From the NCBI RefSeq assembly GCF_004010195.1, contig NC_057718.1:86605514-86666200 (forward strand): a stretch of 60,687 nucleotides of DNA, given 5' to 3'. The DNA is from Chiloscyllium plagiosum. Its lineage: Eukaryota. Numbering within the stretch: the first letter of the stretch is position 1; each line of letters starts with the position of its first letter. Shown here piece by piece: positions 25,690 through 39,310 of this stretch. The position numbers and the translations under genes were made by a program. A model generated the notes under the pieces. It worked only from the letters and a program-made list of their open reading frames with translations, was not told the DNA's origin and made no database searches.

Positions 25690-28180
25690 GCAAAAATATA
25701 GGTGGCAGGGCAGGATATCTGTTGTGACTGCAGAATGTGGGAGCTCCTGAATGCCAGTGCAATCCAGGGTAACTCATCTGTTTACACTCCCGAAGCTCAC
25801 AGTTTCCACTCAGAGCTTACAAACTCAGCTTCAAACACTGTGATACATCCCTCAGGGGAAAGGTTATCTGGATGTTTATGCCAGGAGTCACACTTCTTTG
25901 GAAAGTGTATTCAGATTTGATCAATGGGTAGGGAAAGAAGGATATGACTGCAAATGAGGCAATTATAGACCCAGAAGATGGTGGTGGAGCAGCCTCTGCC
26001 ATTTCAATTGACCAAGTTTGAGGTCCACTGATTGTGGTGGCATGATGCAGGAAGCATTCAAGTGAGGGGAATTAATATATATGTCAAGATTATATTGGAC
26101 ACCATTACTGGGGGGATAAATACAGGTCCCTGCAGCCAAGAGTGAGAATTCAGATGGGTGTGTTGCCTTTCCAGTATCACACTTTGGGCTCACTGCTCTG
26201 AGTCTCCATAAGACCATGAGACATAGGAGCAAAAGGGGCCATTCAGTCCATCAAGCTTGCATTGAAATTTAATGAGATCGTGGCTTACCTGATCGTCCTC
26301 AACTCCACTTTCCTACCTTTTCTCCATAATCCTTGATTCCCTTACTGATTAAACATTGGAGAGTTACTTGCAGGGGGAGGAAATAAAATTGTCATGGTCC
26401 ATCTAGGCACCAACAATGTGGTTAAAGCTAGCAAAGACATTTTGCTGAAGATGTATGAGCAGCCAGAGATTAAATTAAGAAGGAGAACATGTAAAAATAA
26501 ACTCTGGATTATTACCTGAGCTACTAGAAAATAGATATCAGATAAATAAGATTAGAGAGATGAAGGCATGGTTCAAAGATTGATGTGGGGGAAATAGGCT
26601 TTGATTTCTGGGGGACACAACTACTGGACTGGGAAGAATGGAAGCTGTACCATTAGGATGGTCTTTACCTGCTGGAATCAGTGTTTTGGTGAATCACATA
26701 ATTTGGGTGGTTTAGAGGACCTAAAATTAAATAGTGGTGACAAGAAAGTCTGGATATATTTATTAAATTAAGCAGAAAACACAAGGCAAGACGGCAAGGT
26801 CACAATAAGGGAAATGGTGATCAGAGTATGAGTGGAAAGAAGCACGTGTAAAAAGCTAACAGTGCAACAATAGATAGTGCTATAGGTTATAAAAGTGGCA
26901 AAAAGACAGAACTATGGGCTCTGTAGCATTTGTGACACAATAGGTGAATGACAGCATAAAGAAAAAGAAATATATATGATCTGACAGCCATTACAGAGAC
27001 ATGGTTGTAAGAAGGAATTGGAATATTCAAGGATACATAATATTAAAGAACTGGAGGAAGCTAGAAAGATGTGAAGAGTTAGCTCCATTAATTAAAGCTT
27101 GCATTGTTACAATAGAGAGTGATAACCTTAATTCTGAAGATCGGGAGGTAGAATCAGTTTGGGTCGAGGCAAGAAATCATAAAGATAAGAAGTCACTTGA
27201 AGAAATAATATGTAGGCTCCCTAACTGAAACCACTAGTATGGGGTAGACAGGAAGAAATAATGGGGTTTGTGAGAAAGATAAAACAATCATAGGGGATTC
27301 TTGGTAGGAAAGTAAGATATGAAAAGAACTAAGGAGTCTCAAAAGGATAAATGTAGATCAAGAAAATTGTCAAACGGAGACAATTTGAAAGAAATGTGAG
27401 GTTATCCACTTGGCAGGAAAAATAGAAAAGCAGCATATTATTTAAATGAGAAGAGATTATGGAATTCTGAAGTACAAGAGAGACTGGATGTCCTGGCACA
27501 TGAATCACAGTTTTAGTATGCAGATACAGCAGTGATGAGCGAGGCCACCAGAAAGCTGTTACTGCAGGAAGAATGGAATCAAAAAAGTAGTGAAGCTTTG
27601 CTACAGCTGTATAGAGTGTTGGTGAAACTATATCTGCATATGGACAATTTTGATCGTACTTAAGAAATGATGCTAAGCGAAGCAGTGGAGGGAAAGTTCA
27701 ATTGACTTCTCCCTGGGATTGAAGATTATTTATGAAGAAAGGTCCAACCTGTACAGGCTATTTCACTAGAGTTTAGAAGACTGGGAGGGGATCTTATTGA
27801 CACATCAGATCTTGAAGCAACTTGACTGGGTAGTAACTGGAATGATTTTTCTCTTCATGGGGAAGACTAGAACTAGGGGAAACCACTTAAAAGATAAGGG
27901 GTCTTTATTTAAATTCTGAGATGAGCAACTTGTTCTGTTCAGAGGGTCATGAGTCTTTGGAATACTCTTCCCCAGAGAGCATCAAGGTGGGGTCATTGAA
28001 TATTTTTAAGGCTGAGGTAGATAGGCTCGTGATCGACAAGGGAGCCAAATGTTATTGGAGTTAGGTGAGAAACTGGAGTTGAAGCCATAATTGGATCATG
28101 CAGGATCCTGCTGAATGGTAGAGTAAACAAGAGAGGCTGAATGATCCGTTCATGCTCCTCATTCATATTATGTATGTTAC
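25690..28180 (+). mobile_element. Decayed CR1 LINE with ORF1 zinc-finger/esterase remnants, partial APE, large RT deletion and 3' end
   Basis: ICCDCRMWE (ORF1 N-terminus), VMVHLGTNNV (SGNH block III, near 26390-26420), TAITETW and VESVWVE (APE), CR1 C-terminal region 27350-28170. Confidence 0.7.
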
Positions 28181-28979
28181 TATCCATCAGATTTTTCAGA
28201 CTTTTACATCATCTATAAACTTTGAATTTATGTTCTGTGCACCCAATTCCAAGTTATGAACCTATACAAAAGAAGGCCTTCTTGTGCTGAATACTTCCCT
28301 TCAGGAAAGCAGCAATTCATCACTGTATCTGTCCCTCTGCCAGTTTTTAAGCCAATTTGAATCCATGGATTTCAATTTTATCAACAGGTTTACCAAGTGG
28401 TACTTCATCAAATACCTTCTGAATGTCCCCATACATAATATCAACTGCACAACCCTCATCATCCCTCCCTCATTCCATTGTCCAAGAACTGGTTAATTCA
28501 TTCAAACATCATTTTTCTCTAACAAATTCATGCTAATTTTAATTTATTAACTCATATTTATTTCAAAGTTCCAGTTAACTTGTCCCCAGATGTTTGGTTC
28601 TGAATTTGTTACTGCTGATGTTTACCTGACTGATCTCTTATATGATTGAATATGGGTGTAACACCTGACATCGTCCAGTCTTCTCGCATTATTACCAATC
28701 AAAAGGAGGATTATGACCAGAGTGTCTATAATATCCTCCCCCTTTTCACTATTCTCAATGATGCATCCCTCTTGAACATATTTTCAAGTATTAATTTCCT
28801 TTTTAATAAAAATGTCAACCACTGAATTCCAAATTACAGAAAGTCACTTCCCAAACTAATTTTGCATTCACAACTCTGAATAGTTTGCAAAATGATCTTA
28901 TGTCAGCGTTTTCTGGTTATCAACTCTTCTGCTATTGGGAACAACCTCGACTATCTGTTCTACAGTTTATACTTAGAAT

Positions 28980-29630
28980 GATAGAATGGTTAAAGCACAG
29001 AATGTGGCCATTCACTCCATCATGTCTGCTGGCTCACTGCATGAGAAATTCAACCAATACCACCCCCTTACCCTTTCCTATTCCCTGCTCAATTGTGTTC
29101 ATCAGGTGCTTATCCAACTCCTGTTGAAAGCCATGATGGAATCCATTGTCTCAGGCAGGGGCATCCAGAGCTGAATGATTAACTGTGCAATAACATTTTC
29201 CCTCCAGTCACTTTTTGGGGATTCTTTTGCAAATTCCCTTTAAATTAAGGCTTCTGTTTCGTGATCCCAGAACAGCTTCTCTTTATCTCATCTGCTTAGA
29301 CACTCGTGGTTTTAAATGCTAGCAAAATTTTCAAATTTCTCCTCTCCAGGGAGAGCAACCCCAGATTCTCCATCCACATAGCCTTGCAGAAAGATTCTCA
29401 TAAATATTTTCAGTACTCTCTTTAAAATGTTCAAATTCCTCCCAAAGTGTAGTACCAAGAATTGAACACACTGTTCCAGTTTGTGCTGAAGTACTGTTCT
29501 TTAAAGCCTGGTCATAACTTCCTTGTTTCTGAACACTAAACCTCATTTATAAATGTATATTATTTGCCATTTTAAAAACTTTCTTAAGTTTCTCTTCTAT
29601 CATTAACAATTTCTGCACATGTCACCCAGG
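28980..29630 (-). mobile_element. Old CR1 3' fragment
   Basis: Decayed similarity to the other CR1 C-terminal and 3'UTR copies in the window. Confidence 0.55.
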
Positions 29631-29770
29631 TCAGTGCTTCCCAAACATTTTTTCCACTTTGGCTCCAACTCAGGATTTCTCAGTGAGAATTGTATCAGTG
29701 CGATGAGGCATTCCTGTGAGGATAGTCTGTGTTGTTGGGTCACTGTGAAAGTTCAGGTTCAAGAGGGACA

Positions 29771-30074
29771 GAGCATTCTCAAAGATCCATCCCACCCTGG
29801 CAATGATTTTCTACAACCTCTACCATCGGGGAGAAGGTACAGAAGCCTGAACACATGCACCAGCCGGTTTTGAAACAGTTTCTACCCTACTGTTGTTAGA
29901 ATACTGAATTGACTCTTAACATTCGCCTGTACCTGTGTTTTTATTTTTGCCACTGTTTACCTATTATTTACTATCTATGCTACTTAACTCTGTGATCTGC
30001 CAGTATTGCTTGCAAAACAAAGCTTTTCACTGTGCCTCGGTACACGTGACAATAAATATATTCAATTCAATTCA
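29771..30074 (+). mobile_element. Rex1/Babar-like LINE 3' end
   Basis: SILKDPSHPGNDFLQPLPSGRRYRSLNTCTSRF matches 7124-7225; (ATTCA)n tail; shows the uninterrupted form of the site hit by the PLE at 7239. Confidence 0.85.
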
Positions 30075-30633
30075 AGGTGGATTTTGAGATTGGGAGTTAA
30101 ATAATGATGAATGTAAAATGGGAGATGGTGATTATTATTATAGGGCTGGAAAACAAGTCTAGCCAGATAGCTCTTTGGGAGCCAATAAAGACATGACAGA
30201 TCAAATGGCCTCCTTCTATATTGTAAATTCTATGATATGAGAGTGAGAATGCAGCTGTTATAACTCAGTCAGACCTCCACAGTGGGCATTGCTTTCTCAG
30301 AACACACAACCCAAAACTTCAACTCATGACCCCACTGGGGTCCTGAACCCCACTTTGGGAAGCCCTATTATTGGTCTCTGTATCTGCACCCCTTTAGAAT
30401 TATATCCTTTATTCTGTATTCTCTCTATTTTAACTTTCAGTCAAAATATATCACTTCCTATTTCTCTGCATTAAATTTCATCACTGTGTCTGCCCAATCC
30501 ACTAGTCATACCCATCTATATCCACCTGAAGTCTCCTACAAACCTCAGAGTTCACGGTACTTCACATTTTGTTTCATCTTCACATTTTGCAATTGTGCCC
30601 TGTACACCCAAATATATACATAAAAAAGTAGGC

Positions 30634-30772
30634 CTCCATTCTGAGGAAGGGTCACTTGACCCAAAACTTCAACACTGATTTCTCTCCACAGTTGCTGCCA
30701 GACCTGCTGAGCTTATATAGAATCTTCTGTTTTTGTCTCTGATTCCACAGTTCTTTCAGGTTTTGTTTTAAG
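30634..30772 (+). mobile_element. Short PLE-derived element beginning at a decayed hammerhead motif
   Basis: CTGAGGA-AGGGTCACTTGACCC-AAAA at 30641-30666; AAAAGTAGGC duplicated at 30624-30633 and 30773-30782. Confidence 0.72.
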
Positions 30773-31935
30773 AAAAGTAGGCATTTCAGCACTGACCCTT
30801 GAGGACCCCACCAAATAGCAATCATTGTCCATTACTCTGTTCTCCAACACCCAACTCGGTATACATGCACCCACTATCCCTTTAATTCCATGAGCTTAAA
30901 GCAGTATTGTTAGAATTTTGAACAGCTCTACTAAAACTTCTGTAAGTTTCTCTGTTCTAAGCAGAATAATCCTAGCTTGCCTAGTGTCTGCACATAAATT
31001 GAGGTCTGTCAGCCCTGATGCATTCTCGTAAAACCCTCTGCAAAACGTTGGCATCCTTCCGAGGATGTGGTGCCTAGAATTGGATAGTGATTTATGAAGG
31101 TTTCAAATAACCATCAGAATTTAGAATGTGGGTTTCTTAATCTTATTCAGGCTAGAGTTTTGGCTAGGTCTAGCCGTGCCCCCTGAGGACCTCTTACAAA
31201 ACTGTTTTATTTTCTTTTGACACAATAATCCATTCTTTTGGTCAACCAATCTAGCATTCAGAAGAGGGGGAAGTTCCTTTTGCACAGCGTATAGTCGCCA
31301 TGCCGTCGAACTACGGTCGTAATAAGAAACTGGGACATTTCGAACAGTTGGGAACGGTTGCCATGAGAATCAAACTATTTAGTCTTCAGATTTTAATTTT
31401 AACTCAGATTGGCCCAGGATCATTAGATGAAATTAGTGCCAAAACACTATTTCCCAATGCAAGTTTTCAGGAAAGTTGCTTGGAGGCTGGGGGTGAGGGG
31501 TGAAAGATTTCCTTATGCAGATCACGGACAGATCTTTTTAAAGGAAAATAGCTAGGAACATTTCGCCCAGTCTGTTGTTTAGGAGGATGTAGACCCTTTT
31601 CTCATGCAGGAATTTCTGCTGCTAGCTGTCTCCTTTGGCTCCATTTAATTCTGACGCTGGCGGGTGGAGATGCCCTGATTTCAGCTCTGTAGTAAAACAG
31701 ATCGGAAGAGAGAGGGCAGGAGTGTTCAGGCAAAGCGCTTTCTCACAGCAAGCCTAGCCGACCGCAAATGAGAGCTGACAGAATAATTGGGTCCGCCTGG
31801 CTAGAGGGAGGACAGTGATCATCGCAATGATCACAGGTAAGTGTCGAATTTTAGCTTCTATTTCTGGGGGTGGGCAATTCGGCTGTGAGAGGTACAATTT
31901 GTTGGCTCACTCGTGTAAATGCATCGACATTACAA

Positions 31936-31968
31936 CCCCCCCCCCCCCCCCCACCACCACCACCACCC
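31936..31968. repeat. C17 homopolymer followed by (ACC)5
   Basis: Read directly from the sequence. Confidence 0.95.
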
Positions 31969-32207
31969 TACACCCATGTTGTCTTGACTTGCTCGCGATT
32001 GGTGTGGGCAAGTCTGCTCATTGCGTTTCTGTGCCGCACACCCGGGAAACATCAGCTGAGTCGCCGATCTGAACTCCCGCCAGTAACCTGGCGAAAGCTC
32101 CGACTTGGACCCGTGCCTGGCGTTAACCATGTTTGAAGAAACCACGACGAACTTTAGTTAAGGAGTTCGCAAGCGCTTGAGCGCGGTTTGCAGAGTTGCA
32201 ACGGGTT

Positions 32208-32228
32208 GGCGCTGACCATGGTGCTGAA
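32208..32228 (-). promoter_or_regulatory. RE1/NRSE (REST-binding) element
   Basis: Reverse complement TTCAGCACCATGGTCAGCGCC matches 19 of 21 positions of the canonical TTCAGCACCACGGACAGCGCC. Confidence 0.88.
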
Positions 32229-32986
32229 ACTATCCCTGTCTCTGGAAGATGTCTGGCCCAGAACCAGGTATTGAACTCTCTGAATCTATCAATAGGTGCA
32301 ATACTGAAAAAGTGTGGTTAATACAGGGGCCGCGGGGAACTGAATAAATGTGAAATACGTATTAAATTGTAAATCTGCTCCTGCGGCAGATATGATTAAT
32401 CTTAACCTCGATCTTGACCGTCTTCTGAGTAGGCTGCAGTGCCGAACAGCCTCATTCTTGTTCTCCCCGTGTAGATTAGCTGTGCATTGGAATTGGACCA
32501 GTTTTAAGGCGCATTTTATAGCCGGCAGCTTCCTTTTATTGAGTTACTGATTTCAAGGATGTTCCTTTTACCGAGTTGTCCCAACTGAAGGCAGCTGGAA
32601 AATAACGGTGACGCGCCTTGGCTATATCCAGGTGGAAAACAGCCAATGTGCGCGTTTTCTGGCCTGACTCAAGCTGAGGACAGTCTCCTGCGAGATATGC
32701 TAGTCCACACATCTTTAGTTTCTACAGATCTGTGTGCGCAGGGAGCCGGGTTCTCATCCGCTCGAATTTAAGCAGCAATCACAGTATTTTTTTTAAAAAA
32801 TAGAGTGCACAAGTTTGATTTAATGTTTACATAGACTTTTGCTTTCGCTGTACATTAGGGTCGTTCTGACACCAAAATTCTAGTTTGGCGGTAAAACAGC
32901 CAGCTCTCTTTTCACTGTAAGGTTTATCCATATTACCCAGATTTGTGTGTTTGGAATTTGTGACCATCTGTCTTGTTTTTTTTTAA

Positions 32987-33808
<822 letters not shown>

Positions 33809-34521
33809 TAACCCGGTTGTGGACTCTGTTGCGCGTTTGCATTTTGGCTTTGCACAGGTTTGACTGCGGAATCCGCGACTGGCAAGAGGATTGCAACTGT
33901 ACCGAGCTCTAACTTCGCCCAGTTTCTCTCCCCAGGATTGTCTGCTTTCGTTTCAGATTTCCAGCATGGGCAGTCTCTGGGGCTGAGCTCACCAACAGCA
34001 AATGGAAACAGTAGAAAATACCACTTTAGGTCTTTCTTCATGGCTTGCTCCCAAAGAAAAAGCCTTAACTCTTCCAGTTTAGAAAGTAAAGCATTAGCTG
34101 TGCGTTTGTTGTGTGTAGGTCCGTGCGTTGAGCCTCACACTTTCCACTTCGACTAGGTAACGGTGTAGAGTTTACAGTGTATCTGGGTGCTGTTCACTTG
34201 AACCCTTTTGAAGTAGGTTGCAGCCTCTGCGGTATACGCAGGTGACTTCAGCTTTGAAAGTAGCACCACACTTCAAATTGAAGCCCCTCGCCTTGCATCA
34301 GAAAGTGGTGGATACAAGCCCAAACACATGAGCGCGAGTGACACTCCAATTTGACCATAAGCGAGTATTGCATTGTGCTGTCTTTTCATGGGAGACGCGA
34401 ACCTTGGGTACCCTTTAGCCATTCACATGGAGACTGAGGAAGCGTCCTACAACAACCCCTTCTTGTTTAGTGTGAGGGAGGTCAGTAACCATGCAGCCAC
34501 CACTGAAACCTACAAAATGAA

Positions 34522-34665
34522 GGAGAAAAGCAGCAAGTCTGACAGCATCTCTGGATAGAGAGAGAGAGAGAGAGAGAGAGTTGCTCTTTCTCTCTCCACA
34601 GATGCTGCCAGACCTGATGAGTTTCTCCAAAACTTTGTGCTTCAGTTTCTGATTTCCAGCATCAG
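34522..34665. repeat. Imperfect inverted repeat of PLE pLTR 3' segments with an internal (AG)12 microsatellite
   Basis: 34522-34566 is reverse-complementary to 34584-34628 with about 8 mismatches; (AG)12 at 34557-34580; right arm similar to 14770-14820. Confidence 0.7.
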
Positions 34666-35787
34666 CCTATATCAAAGGGTATGCCTTATGTTCTGGTCCT
34701 GGCCAAATTGAATAAAAGGACCAGAAGTTCATTCCAGGCATCTGGCATTACTGTGATCTTTGGCGGTCCTAATTAGTTTAATTTGGAACTCAGGCCCTGA
34801 AAAAAATAATTGTGTTATTCTGTGACAAGTGCCCCAACCCAACTCTACTTATCGAGTCATACCACATGGAAACAGACCCTTCAGTCCAATTCATTCGTGC
34901 CGACCAAATTTCCCAAACTAAACTAGTCCCACCTGCCTGTATTTGGCCAATATCCTTCTAAGCCTACCCATTAAATGTTGTAACAGTACCTGACTGTCCT
35001 AGGATAAGGGTATTGCTGGTGAGACCTGCATTCATTGCCCATCCCCAGTTGTTCATGGGAAAGTGAGCCCTCTCTTCCAATCGCTGCAATCTACGGTGAA
35101 GGTGCTTCCCAAAATGGTGTCAGGTGGAGAGTTACATGTTTTTGAGTCAGTGGTGTGTAAAGAACAAGAATAGGTCACCCCGTTCAGACTAGTATATGAT
35201 GAAGCCAGCTTCAAGTGGTGGTCGTTGGGGAGGGTGTGAGGGTGGCTGAACAGTACACCTGATAGTGTCATCATGCACTTGCTTCCCTTGACCTGCTAAA
35301 GTATGAGGCCACATATTCAGAAGCACTTAGTTCCCTGCATGATCAAAGAGCTACCTGGAAAAAAAACCCATTCATTTTACGTCAAGGTGGGGCTATTGGA
35401 GCTTGCAGGCTAAAGATAGTCTAGGCTTTTTGCCAGAGTAGGAAACCCTAGCCATTGTTTCCAACTATTAGCTTAGTCCAGTGCTTCCCAAATAATGTTC
35501 TAATGTGACCCCAATATTAACTTGAAAGTTAACACCTCCCTAGATGCCAACAAAAAAAGATACAAAGCATTAAAGTAACATAGTAACATTCAATAGATAA
35601 TTATTAAAGCTAATATATTTTACTTCATTTTAGAAACATAAAAATCTGTTGTTTTAAATACTTTGCAAAACTTATAATTTTACGTACTCACCACTCCATT
35701 ACTTTATCACAAATCTTGGTCAGAAGCAGCGGACACAATTAGTGTTCATATTTACATTCACTATTACTGATCTATAGCAACGTCACA

Positions 35788-36287
35788 TAGAGTCATAAAG
35801 TTATCCAGCATGGAAACAGACCCTTCAGTCCAACTGCCAGCCAGGTGTCCTCAGCCAATCTAATCCATTTGCCAGCACTTGACCCACATCCCTCTAAACC
35901 CTTCCTATTCATATTCCCATCCAGATGCCTTTTAAAAGTTGTAATTGTACCAGCCTCCACTTGCCAGCTCATCCCATACACAAACAACCCTCTGCATGAA
36001 AAAGTTGCCCCTTTTAAATATTTCTCCCCTCACCTTAAACCTATGCCATTTAGTTTTTTGACTCCACTCCTCTGGTGAAAAGACCTTGGCTATTCACCCT
36101 ATCCATGCACTTATGATGTTATAAAACTCGATAAGATCGCCCCTCAGCCTCTGATGCTCTAGGAAACAAAGCCCCAACCTATTCGGGCATGACCTATAGC
36201 TCAAACCCTCCAGTCCCAGCAATATTCTTGCAAATCTTGTCTGAACTTTTTCAGGTTTAACAACATCTTTCCTGTAGCAGGGAGACC
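35788..36287 (-). mobile_element. CR1 3' fragment; shorter tail fragments at 34853-34985 and 40310-40455
   Basis: VEAGTITTFKRHLDG motif and the 3'UTR shared with other CR1 copies. Confidence 0.8.
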
Positions 36288-36680
36288 ATCAAGGATTCCT
36301 AAAGACCATCTTGACACCATTGACTTCAGTGTAAAATCAATGAAATAATCTTGTAATTTTCTACAGAGGCTTTCAAAATACATAAAACAGTATTCATAAT
36401 CAGAAAGGCTGCAGTTTTATTGTGAATAGCAAGTCACTTACCTGAAGGTGGAGTTTCATGCCTCCCAACCCAGGATTTGGCTTTAGGAGGAATATAGAGA
36501 CTTCTGAACAGGCATCAAATATAATGTGTGATAGTCACTGACCACTGAGGGGTTCAGCCAATTTATCCATATTCCCCAATGACAGAAAGCTCAGTAAAGC
36601 TCATCTGCCCACCCATGCAGACTGTAATAACCCTGTCTCTATCTGCCACCATTCCCCCTTCTGACACATTCATTAGTCTG

Positions 36681-36703
36681 ACACACACACACACACACAC
36701 ACA
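36681..36703. repeat. (AC)n microsatellite
   Basis: Read directly from the sequence. Confidence 0.95.
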
Positions 36704-37829
36704 TTGACCAGCAGAGGTACAGCATTTTGAACTGATGTGTGGCCATTTTTAAATTAACTTAAATACAAGAAAAACACTCAAGACTGACGAGCACAATGAG
36801 GGCAAGGATGACTGGCAGCTGGCCTTTGACGTTGAAGTGCAGTTTCAGTGGTGAGGAAAAAAAACATCAGTTCCTTTGTTTCTGTAACCCCCCCTCCCCC
36901 TCCATGAGAGATTGCAGATTCCTAGAGTTTGGGGAAGATATTCTCAAACCAACCTGTTCAGAAACATTATTACACACCTCTGGAAGAGGTGGGACTTGAA
37001 GCTGAGCCTTCTTGCTGAAAGGTAGGATTACTATGTCTCCACAGAGTTTTGGAATGCTGCTGTAAGAAATGAGTATCAGCTGACTCATTACTCATGAATG
37101 ATCAATGGGACCTCTTTATTCATCAGTCCAAAGTCCACACTGCATTCTTTGCATCATATATTGTACTGCACTTACCTCCTCAACCATTTTACTCAGCAGT
37201 TATCCATCCACTCATATCCCACATTGTAAAGCGAACTGACGCTAAACTCTCCATACCCTTTTTAAAACTGAACATGAGCCAATAGCCCTGATTGCACAGT
37301 TCACAATCTGTTTAAAGATGTAATTTGTCCATAACCCACAACATTTTTAATGCCACAATTGTAACATCAATCTCGACTGTTTCTTTAATTTTTCTATGGA
37401 TATCATTCGGAAGGCTGACATTTATTGCTCATCCCTAGATTTGATGAAAAATCATGGTGAGCCTTCTTAAATAGGTTTTCTGCTGAAATTTATTTGAAGT
37501 AAAATTATATTACCATGCTCCAGTTTGATTTGAAAGTTTGACACTTGGCATAAGCAATTGATGCAGACTGGAGAGTTTTGGTTCTCCAGATGTTTGTAAT
37601 AATTTCCAATTGGTATTTTCATCATTAGTGCAAACACTGATACAAGAATATCTAAAGAAAAAGAGTAGCTAAAGTAAACATTAGTCCCTTTAGAATTAGA
37701 GAGTGAAGAAATTATCAATAGCTATGAGAAAATAACAATCACACAACACAAATATTTTGTCTGTCTTTTTTAGAAGACATTAGTTTCATTCCAGTAATTT
37801 ATTGTAACTTAATATCTGAAAAAAGATAA

Positions 37830-39310
37830 AATTAAGGAAATTAGTATCTATGGAGAAAAGGTATTGGAGAACCTATTGGGATTAAACTCTCTCAAATCCC
37901 TGCAACCCAGATGGCCTACACCCTAAGGTTTTAAAAGAGAACACTATCAAGATCATGAACAGCTTGCTATAATTTTCTTAATTCCCTAAAGTTTGGGAAC
38001 AGTCTCAACAAATTGGAAGTTAGCCAACTTTTTCAAGAAAGGAAGGACAGAGAAATCCACAGGTTACTTATCCTAATATTAATTGTTGGGAAAGTACTGA
38101 GATTTATTATTAAGGAAGACTTAACAATGTACTTTGAAAAAAAATTGTATGAATAGAATAAGTCAATAATGGTTTTTGCCAAAATAAAGTCCGGTTTCAC
38201 ATTTATTGGAGCTTTTTTGAGAATTTAAATGGTAAGTTACGCTATGGAGAACCGGTAGATATTTCACACCTATGTTTTCAGAAGGCATTTTATAAGATGC
38301 CACATAAAGGATTAAGGGCAACTTAAAGGCTAATTATGTTATGGCAAAGATATTAGCATGGATTGAGGATTGGTTCATAGATGGGAAACAGAGTGGGAAT
38401 AAATGGGACATTTTCAAATTGGCAGGCAATGAATACTAGAGTACATCTAATGACTAGTGAAGTGAGTGAGTGCTGGAAACTTAGCCATTTACAGTCTATG
38501 CTATTGATTTAGTTACATTATTTTCTGTCTCTTCATTTTGGTTTGCTGAAGACACAAAGCTAGTGGAGAAGGAGGAGACAAAGAGGCTACAGGAAGGTAT
38601 AAACAGGTTAAAAGTGAGGGCAAAAGTGGCATATGATTATAATGAAGCAAGTATAAAATTATTCACTTTAGTAATAAGAATAGTAAAGCAGATTTTTAAA
38701 ACTAAAGTGTGAAATCTGTGTTGATGTTCAAAGACTGCACTTACAAGATATGCAGAAAGTTAACATCCACATCTAGTAAGCCATCGGGATGGCCTTTATT
38801 GCAAGGGGACTGGTGAAAAAGAATAAAATTGATTTGTTAAAATATTACAGAGTTTTGGTGAGACCATATTTGGAGTACTGTGTGCAATTTTGGTCTCCAC
38901 ATTTCAGAAAATATATGTACTTGCATTGGAAGCTGTACAACAAATGTTTACTAAATTTGTCCCTGGAATGAAGGGATTGTCCCAAGATGAAAGGCTGAAC
39001 ACATTAGGTCTATCTCATTGAAACATAAAAGATTCTGAGGGGATTGATACAGTAGATGTTGGGAGAGTGTTTCTAATGGTTAGGGAAACTAAAACATAGG
39101 GACACAGACTCAGGAAAGAGGCAATTCATTTAGGACCAAGATTAGGAGAAATTTCTTCGCCCAAAGACCTGTGAGCCTTTGGAATTTGTTTTGTCCCAGT
39201 GGGTTCTGGAGGCTCCATACGTATAAATTTGATGCTGGGATAGACAGACTTTTATGATTGTTTAGGAAATATAGCGATATGGGGAGCAGGCAGGAAAGTG
39301 GCACAGCAGC
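37830..39310 (+). mobile_element. Old CR1 RT and C-terminal remnant
   Basis: KSLQPDGLHPKVLKE, FQKAFYKMPH, FAEDTKL and YRVLVRPYLEYCVQFWSPHFRK motifs. Confidence 0.8.

Noticed and set aside
35479..35520. hAT-like terminus CAGTGCTTCCCAAA (also near 29632)
   Set aside because: No matching opposite TIR or 8-bp TSD identified
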